From IMG/VR virus record IMGVR_UViG_3300042334_000681, positions 1 through 40,003 of that record: a stretch of DNA of 40,003 bases, one strand, 5' to 3'. This document shows, piece by piece, positions 33,825 through 40,003 of this stretch. The notes beneath the pieces are model-generated. The model saw nothing but the letters and a program-made list of their open reading frames with translations, searched no databases and was not told the DNA's origin. Source of the DNA: a virus (lineage: Duplodnaviria; Caudoviricetes). Both the position numbers and the translations under genes were made by a program. Numbering within the stretch: the first letter of the stretch is position 1; each line of letters starts with the position of its first letter.

Positions 33825-36599
33825 TTATGCGCTTAGGGCTGCTGCTAGAGCTGCCTTACGTTTAATGTTCGTCAAGCTGTGTACGTCCTTCGTATGTCCC
33901 GTGCCTTTGATAGCATCCAAGTCAATAGCCATGATGTCCACCTTGGTGTTGATTTGAGACACCTCGGCACTTTGTGCAAGCTGAACAGCAGCTCCAAAGA
34001 ACAGCTCGGCTGTGTAAATACCCTTCTCAGCTTCCACAACAACCCGATAGTTGGTGGTCTGGTCACGGATGACAAACTTAAAGCCATTAGCCGACAAGAA
34101 CCTAAACTTACCAATGCCCACAGTAGCCAAGAGGGTTCCTGTTGCATAGTTGTCTGGGTTCGTAGCATCAGGGATTTTCCACACCTCGAAGGTGCTTACA
34201 CCTGCTGCTTGAATGGTTACAGAGCTATCTCCGTTACCGTCTTCAATCTCCGTGGTTAACACCTCAGTTGTGTCTGCTGTCATGGTTGCAGGAGATACCA
34301 ATACATTAGTTGTATACTTGGTGTCACCTGCTAACGAGCTAGACTTAATGAAGAAGGTAGTAGATGTCAGGCTAAAGACAGAAGCATTAGTGGCTTTCAC
34401 CTTTGCGCTGTAGCCAGCTATCCATTCAAGAGAGGTTCCTGACCGAGTGAGAATCTGACCTAGCTTGATAAATTGCTCTGAGAGCCGTGAATAAGCAATG
34501 TAGTCATAAACCTTGCTGTTGGTCTCTAAGGCTGTATAACCCGCTGTTGTAGCCTTTGTAGCCTGTGTAATGCCTACGTCCTCAGCATAAGCAGGAACAT
34601 AGAACAACAAACCACCTGTGTTAGCTGCAAAGCTGCCGCTTTCACGCTTATAGCCATACTTCTCAATAGCCCATGAGTAGGTTCCCGCTGTTCCCGGAGC
34701 TATGTAGAAGCTATAGGTTCCGGCTGTTGACACCTCCTGTTGGAAGTATTTAGTGACCCCTGAAGCGTCATAAATAATTAAGGAAGTACCTGTTGTTACG
34801 CCTTGGAATTGGAAGGTAGTTGATGTACCCGCACTGTCGGTGTAAATTGCAAAGATGTTACCTGTGTTGGTAATGGTCTGAGCACGAAGTGTTGTTAAAG
34901 ACGCACCTGCGTTGATAGTGCCTGAGTTAACAATTGTCCAACCGACATAGTAGGTTTGACCGCTTGCCACCGTACATTCGTTAGGCTGTTGCAGGTTAGC
35001 CGTTTGGTTTAGTTGGTACTGATAGGCATCGTAAATCTCTTGGATTGTCCGAACACCTGTGTTTGTAATTGTCTTTGTACTAAAGTTGAACGACACGCCT
35101 GTAATGGCTGCTGCGTTAGCAATGATTTTGTCAGTTGTTGGCAAACCCACATGAACAAATGTCGGAGTTGCTGTGTTATTACCTGACAAAGCCACGCTGC
35201 TGCTTTGCTTGTCATATCCGTAGCGACTTGAATAAACCGTGTGGGTTTCAGCTCCTCGTGTTGTTCCAGTGCAGAAGTAGTTGTATGAAGAAATGTTAGC
35301 TGTCGAGTTGTTATAACCCCACCCGAACACAAACTCACTTGTTGCTGCTCCTGCTACCGTTGCAATGGCTTGCTGTGTCAAGTCAAAAGTAATGTCAGAG
35401 GTAATACCTTTTGCTCGGATACCTGCGGGACTTGTGCCTGTTGGTTGATAATACATATAACCATCTGACAACAAGTTACCAGCCGTGTCTTGAACCCTAC
35501 TTGTAATTTGCTTTGAGAATTCCAACACGCTATAACGACCACCCGAAGGGCTTGTTGCCCTCCATGAGATGTTTGTACCTAGCAAGTTGTTCTTGAGGCG
35601 AACCCACGCACTGCCATACAAGACAATTTGCACACCTGCGTAATAAGCAGGGTTTAGGTATGTCGTGCTGTAGTTTTCAATGGCAATTCGTGAAGCAACC
35701 GATACTGATGCCAAGTTAATTTCAGGGCCGTCTGTGTCGATTGGGGTGTAGCCGTTCAAGCTAGTCTGAGGCACACCAAAATTCAACCACAAACCGACAA
35801 AAGTCTTGGTAGCTGTGAAATTGATAGACGCTGAGGTGTTGTCTTGACGTAACCGAGCCTGTGAAGTTCCTGTACCACGAGCACAAAGAATCCAGCACAA
35901 ATCGCCCGAAGTCGTAATAGTTGAGAAGTTGCTTGCGTCTGTTGTCAGCCAATCTGCGCCATAGCGAACACACGCATCAATGATAGTAAACTTAGCAGGG
36001 TAAAGCGCATTAGTGCTTCGTAGCTGCATTACCTTTTGACCGTTTTGACCAAGCCAATCAAAGCCGGGGTAAGGATAAGGGCCATTGTTTGCTACGGCTT
36101 TGCGCCCGTTAATGATAATTTCGCCACCAGTTGCACTTCCATCTACTTGGAATCGGCTGGAGCAAGACCCATCGTTGCGAAGCTGTGCGCCCCACGATTG
36201 AACAGTCAAAGTGCCTTGAATATACAAATCTTGACCACCAGCATCAAACAACCGCATCAAAGCTCCACGGTCTTCTTTGAGGGTAAAACCTGTGGGTGCT
36301 GCCGTTGCGTTGGTAAGAGTGTCAGTACCTGTTTGAATAATACCTGTTTGGCAGGTAAATGCTTGAGCTGAGAACGTGCCAAAAGCTGAATCAACGGTCA
36401 AAGAGGTTGCCGAAGCAATAGCAGTAATAGTCTTGGTCACGCCGCCTACGGTGATAGTTCCACCCACCCGAGGGGCTGTGGTTGCAGGTGCGCCGCCAAT
36501 AGCAAAGGCAAAAGCTGTTCCACTGCCTGTGACAGTGGTTGTGCTAGAGCAGCTTACAGTGCCTACCCCTGCAACTGCTGTTGTCCGTGCAAACGTCAT
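33825..36599 (-). CDS. Large Thr/Ser/Gly-rich beta-structured protein (putative virion appendage)
   Basis: 924 aa, low charge; N-terminal VTGSGTAF...I.AIASATSLTV motif of fibre proteins. Confidence 0.6.
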   Translation of the reverse strand: MTFARTTAVAGVGTVSCSSTTTVTGSGTAFAFAIGGAPATTAPRVGGTITVGGVTKTITAIASATSLTVDSAFGTFSAQAFTCQTGIIQTGTDTLTNATAAPTGFTLKEDRGALMRLFDAGGQDLYIQGTLTVQSWGAQLRNDGSCSSRFQVDGSATGGEIIINGRKAVANNGPYPYPGFDWLGQNGQKVMQLRSTNALYPAKFTIIDACVRYGADWLTTDASNFSTITTSGDLCWILCARGTGTSQARLRQDNTSASINFTATKTFVGLWLNFGVPQTSLNGYTPIDTDGPEINLASVSVASRIAIENYSTTYLNPAYYAGVQIVLYGSAWVRLKNNLLGTNISWRATSPSGGRYSVLEFSKQITSRVQDTAGNLLSDGYMYYQPTGTSPAGIRAKGITSDITFDLTQQAIATVAGAATSEFVFGWGYNNSTANISSYNYFCTGTTRGAETHTVYSSRYGYDKQSSSVALSGNNTATPTFVHVGLPTTDKIIANAAAITGVSFNFSTKTITNTGVRTIQEIYDAYQYQLNQTANLQQPNECTVASGQTYYVGWTIVNSGTINAGASLTTLRAQTITNTGNIFAIYTDSAGTSTTFQFQGVTTGTSLIIYDASGVTKYFQQEVSTAGTYSFYIAPGTAGTYSWAIEKYGYKRESGSFAANTGGLLFYVPAYAEDVGITQATKATTAGYTALETNSKVYDYIAYSRLSEQFIKLGQILTRSGTSLEWIAGYSAKVKATNASVFSLTSTTFFIKSSSLAGDTKYTTNVLVSPATMTADTTEVLTTEIEDGNGDSSVTIQAAGVSTFEVWKIPDATNPDNYATGTLLATVGIGKFRFLSANGFKFVIRDQTTNYRVVVEAEKGIYTAELFFGAAVQLAQSAEVSQINTKVDIMAIDLDAIKGTGHTKDVHSLTNIKRKAALAAALSA

Positions 36600-36736
36600 T
36601 GTTCATCCTTTGGTGGTTCTGGAGGCTTAGGAGGGGGAGGAGTTCTCCCGTAATACCTGCCAACCATAGTTAAAGCACCTAAGCCAATAGCTGTAGATGC
36701 TCCATAAATTAATACATCAAGAAGCACGGCTGTCAT
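36596..36736 (-). CDS. 46-aa membrane peptide with Pro-rich tail
   Basis: MTAVLLDVLIYGASTAIGLGALTMVGRYYGRTPPPPKPPEPPKDEQ; ATGA overlaps on both sides. Confidence 0.55.
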   Translation of the reverse strand: MTAVLLDVLIYGASTAIGLGALTMVGRYYGRTPPPPKPPEPPKDEQ

Positions 36737-37026
36737 GCTTCAAATTCAAACAGCTTGCCCGTCTTCTGTACCAGCTCTAAACCTAGTGCTTGAGCTACAA
36801 TTTTGTAAGCACCTGTTGCAGTGGCATCCCATGTAACATATTCAGCACGAGTAGTAATTTCATAGGTGCATTCACCACATTGGGCGTTGTCGCTATCAAG
36901 AAAAGTTACAAGGAACTTAACGTGGTCGTAGAAGTCATCATTGACGCTACGGACGTGGAAAGAGGTAGCCTGAGATAGTTTGTTGTAGCTAATGCAAGGG
37001 AATGGCTTAATAGCTGTTGTAATCAT
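36733..37026 (-). CDS. Hypothetical protein
   Basis: 97 aa, Y..WD...VA..LGL pattern. Confidence 0.65.
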   Translation of the reverse strand: MITTAIKPFPCISYNKLSQATSFHVRSVNDDFYDHVKFLVTFLDSDNAQCGECTYEITTRAEYVTWDATATGAYKIVAQALGLELVQKTGKLFEFEA

Positions 37027-37202
37027 TCTGTTTCCTTAATTTCGTGGGCGGCTTGCAGCGCCTCTTTAATATGTTGAAATTCGGACAAAGCTAAGACCGC
37101 CAAAAGCCAAAAGGCGACCGCATAAGATTGAACATAAAGCGCAACCGCACTTGCGATAAAAATAATAATGCGGCCAATGTCAAGGTGTATTTTCATGTTC
37201 AT
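37023..37202 (-). CDS. 59-aa membrane protein flanked by direct repeats
   Basis: MNMKIHLDIGRIIIFIASAVALYVQSYAVAFWLLAVLALSEFQ...KETE; ATGA overlaps. Confidence 0.6.
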   Translation of the reverse strand: MNMKIHLDIGRIIIFIASAVALYVQSYAVAFWLLAVLALSEFQHIKEALQAAHEIKETE

Positions 37203-37495
37203 TCTGTTTCCTTATTTGTAAAATCAATCCAAGGGTTTTTAGTAAAGAGGCTTGCTACGAAAGAGTAGATAATCAATGTTGCACAAATAGCAAACACATC
37301 ATTCCAATACGGCACATAGCTAAATTTAATCAACCCAATGAGGTAGATGATGCCAGCAATGGCAGGAGCAAGTATTGCAATGCGTACATATTCAGGGACA
37401 CGTTTGGTCACTTTCCTTGCCACATGAAAGCCTGTTCCAATTAGCGACAAGGCTACAAATACAAACACTAGCCTTACAAATTCGTATTCAGTCAT
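37199..37495 (-). CDS. Membrane protein, ~3 TM
   Basis: Three hydrophobic segments in 98 aa. Confidence 0.65.
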   Translation of the reverse strand: MTEYEFVRLVFVFVALSLIGTGFHVARKVTKRVPEYVRIAILAPAIAGIIYLIGLIKFSYVPYWNDVFAICATLIIYSFVASLFTKNPWIDFTNKETE

Positions 37496-37890
37496 TTCTT
37501 TTCCTCAATGTTCTTTTCCACTTTATTCAAGACCCCACCAAGGATGCCACTCAAGCGGTTCGTCCCTGTGCCATAGCCAATGAGCAAAGCCACCATAGAG
37601 GCCGCATAAGGGCTAGAAAGACCAATGAAACTGGTCACTGCCCAACTAAGGACAAGCGACAAAAGCACACTAAAACAAAGAAACATAATGGCTTTCTTTG
37701 TAGAGAGGCCATTAATGGATGTGAGAGCGATGAAACAGCCAGCTAAGGCTGAAAGCACCACCATCATTACATCAGCCCCTAACGGGCCAAGCCAGCCTAT
37801 TAAAAGGGCTGTTAAACCAGCAGAAGCGAGGACAGGAGCTTGTTGGCTACTACCCACTACCACTGCTGCTGTTGTTACGTCTGCTGCCAT
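37492..37890 (-). CDS. Membrane protein, holin-like
   Basis: 3-4 hydrophobic segments and a charged C-terminus. Confidence 0.6.
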   Translation of the reverse strand: MAADVTTAAVVVGSSQQAPVLASAGLTALLIGWLGPLGADVMMVVLSALAGCFIALTSINGLSTKKAIMFLCFSVLLSLVLSWAVTSFIGLSSPYAASMVALLIGYGTGTNRLSGILGGVLNKVEKNIEEKK

Positions 37891-37898
37891 AGCTTTTC

Positions 37899-38654
37899 CT
37901 ACGAATAAGTGAAAGATGATAATTCCCCTGATGTGTAGGAGAAGGTTTTAATTAGCTTAATGCCTTCAGGAGTGGCTCCTGACAGCGTTACACTGAGTAA
38001 GTCTCCCCCTGCGTCATACGCTAAGGTCTTTAATATGCCGTTTGCGTATGTAATAGTTGTTAAGTCGCTGCCTGTGTAGCCAAGAACCCCGTTAGAAGAA
38101 GCTAGGTTTTTATTAACTGTCTCGAAGGTGTTATAGATGAATGTAGTTTTTAGCTCCTCGGTGCTGTAACCAGACCAAGAGTTTGTAACGCTTGTGTTGC
38201 CCCCTGTACCAGCCCCTAAAAGAGGCCCCGTGTCGATTTCTCGTCCATCGGAGAGCACACAAACTAAACTATCATCAGCAGCCCAATAGACATCGACAAT
38301 GCTTACACCGTCTTTGCCTTCTGCGCCATCCTTACCATCAGAGCCATTTAAACCATTCTTTCCGTCACGACCAATGCCATCTTTTCCGTCCTTGCCAGCC
38401 TTTCCGTCCTGCCCTTTAGGGCCGGGTTGTCTGACATATTGCTGCATTTCAGCTAGAGAGGAAGAAACCTCCTTCTTGTGCTGTTTGATGGTGCTGGAAA
38501 TGACATCAGCAGCTTGCTCAAAAACTGAGAGTTCCTGTTGCACCTGCTTGGCTTGTTTAGCCAAAAGCACAGAGGTTTCCACTTGTTTTAACAGAGCAAG
38601 CTGTTCGTCTTCTGTCAGAGAGCCACTAGCAATTTTATTTACTAGGTCTTTCAT
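37899..38654 (-). CDS. Collagen-like repeat protein
   Basis: GPKGQDGKAGKDGKDG..GRDGKNGLNGSDGKDGAEGKDG, then L...LSDG..ID.G. Confidence 0.75.
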   Translation of the reverse strand: MKDLVNKIASGSLTEDEQLALLKQVETSVLLAKQAKQVQQELSVFEQAADVISSTIKQHKKEVSSSLAEMQQYVRQPGPKGQDGKAGKDGKDGIGRDGKNGLNGSDGKDGAEGKDGVSIVDVYWAADDSLVCVLSDGREIDTGPLLGAGTGGNTSVTNSWSGYSTEELKTTFIYNTFETVNKNLASSNGVLGYTGSDLTTITYANGILKTLAYDAGGDLLSVTLSGATPEGIKLIKTFSYTSGELSSFTYS

Positions 38655-40003
38655 TTAGTTTCCTAGCTCTTGCGAGAGCTTGCTCACAAAGTCTGCTCCT
38701 GCCTTGTTCTGCATTTGCATCATGGTGATTTTCTCGTTGCTGTTGATTTCTTTCTCTTTCAACGACAAGTCAGCCAGCTTAATCCTACGCTCAAAGTCTT
38801 TGGTCTCATTGTCATTGTCCAAGTTGGTAGACAACGCTGCAATGAGCTTGGCTTTAGCAACATCAGGGGCAATTTGAGCCTCTACCTGCGTTTTCTGAGC
38901 TTCTGCTTGCTTAACCATTGCGGATGCCTGTGTATCGGCAATTTGGGCTTGTACAAGGCTTGCCTGAGCTGCTGCTGCCTCTTGCTGCTGCTGTTGCTGC
39001 TCTGGGTTAGGCTGAGACATCTTCTCCAAGGTGGAAATGAGTTCTGCTCTGTTGGACAAGCTGCTGTTAGACAGAATGCCTTTAAGGAGGACAGGAAGAA
39101 CAGGGGTGTCTGGGCCTAATGTTTGTAGGAGACCAATCATCTGCTGTTGTTCAAACTCTTTAGCCAAGATGCCAAGGGTTGCTGTTGGTGTAAACGTTAC
39201 ATCCACTGATGGGTAACGCTCAGGGTCAAACTGCATATAGCGGTAGCTTGCTTTATAGATAAAAGGTATCATAAAGTCTTCTTGGAAGTTCACCAAGGTA
39301 CGTTTGTACTTCTTGATGATTCCAGCCATTGCCATAGACATTCCCTGACTGCCGCCCTCACGAGGCATAGCCGAAGGAAGCCCTGCGCTGTCCACTGTCC
39401 CTGTAGCTTGTAGCAGCATACGCTCGAAGTTTTGAGCTGCTGCTGGTGCGTCTTGTGTTGTTTGTCCGAAATGGAAGGGGAACAAGATGTCAGCAGGAGG
39501 GCCATTGGTCAAGAAGCTCTTACCGGGCTTAATCTCGAACTTAGCACCTCGTGGAAGCCTTGTAGCGTCCATACCCATCATAGGGGCTGTTGTAAGGGCT
39601 ACAGAGTCCATATTGGCCCGTAGCATCCCGTCAATAGCCTTCTGCATATTGTAGGCTTTCTCCACTGTACCTCTGCCATAGAAGGCTCCCGGCACTGTGT
39701 CGTCCTGATATGCAATGATGGGGCGGTCTTTCATCATGTAAGGACTTGCTTCTGCCTTTAAGAGCAGAGAGTCGTTAGCAATGACAATGATAGCCTCAAC
39801 AAGAGCACTATAATCATCAGCCACGCTGTCTTCAGGGAATAGGTCAACAACCTCTGCCCCGCCTTCTTCAAGACCTTCCAGATATTCTTTAGGAACCAAG
39901 CCATAATAGGTTAGTACCTTCACTTTGTCATCTTCGAAGTTTTTGAGCTGTTGTGTTGGCTCTAAATCACTGTCGTCGTATGTGGTTCCAATGTCCACTT
40001 TAC
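38655..40003 (-). CDS. Portal protein, C-terminal part
   Basis: PGAFYGRG, Gln-rich coiled C-terminus; frame continues from 809..1. Confidence 0.9.
   Translation of the reverse strand, partial: KVDIGTTYDDSDLEPTQQLKNFEDDKVKVLTYYGLVPKEYLEGLEEGGAEVVDLFPEDSVADDYSALVEAIIVIANDSLLLKAEASPYMMKDRPIIAYQDDTVPGAFYGRGTVEKAYNMQKAIDGMLRANMDSVALTTAPMMGMDATRLPRGAKFEIKPGKSFLTNGPPADILFPFHFGQTTQDAPAAAQNFERMLLQATGTVDSAGLPSAMPREGGSQGMSMAMAGIIKKYKRTLVNFQEDFMIPFIYKASYRYMQFDPERYPSVDVTFTPTATLGILAKEFEQQQMIGLLQTLGPDTPVLPVLLKGILSNSSLSNRAELISTLEKMSQPNPEQQQQQQEAAAAQASLVQAQIADTQASAMVKQAEAQKTQVEAQIAPDVAKAKLIAALSTNLDNDNETKDFERRIKLADLSLKEKEINSNEKITMMQMQNKAGADFVSKLSQELGN
39877..40003. repeat. 127-bp terminal overlap, copy 2
   Basis: Identical to 1-127. 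Confidence 0.95.

Noticed and set aside
38975-39005. CAG/CAA repeat tract
   Set aside because: An ordinary poly-Gln stretch in the portal C-terminal coil.
1-40003. Integrase, repressor, phage RNA polymerase, reverse transcriptase/DGR, tRNA, stop-codon recoding
   Set aside because: No matching motifs seen, and core genes read intact in the standard code.

Overview
The window is a complete, circularly assembled ~39.9-kb lytic podovirus-type phage genome. Positions 1-127 are identical to 39877-40003, an assembler overlap that splits the portal gene. There are two divergent arms. The + arm (4102-19665) carries small early genes, a T7-like primase-helicase, a family A DNA polymerase split in two by an HNH-AP2 endonuclease, SSB, a PAPS-reductase-fold protein, 5'-3' exonuclease, a Rap1a-like protein, a metallophosphoesterase, DUF3310 and a class II RNR. 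The - arm (3029 leftward through the join to 19731) carries Zn-finger genes, terS, terL, portal, an accessory module, scaffold, capsid, tail and fibre genes, ejection proteins and lysis genes. The arms start from back-to-back sigma70 promoters in a ~1-kb non-coding gap and converge on one bidirectional terminator. No RNA polymerase, integrase, tRNA or CRISPR array is seen. The architecture resembles Zobellviridae-like podoviruses and the host is probably a betaproteobacterium (both inference). Most notable: an intron-less split polA, an HNH gene that appears to start at AUA, a T6SS-immunity-like gene, near-absence of GATC and CCWGG, and a ~5-kb membrane/collagen/beta-rich module in the head operon. 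All product calls come from motif recognition by eye, not database searches.
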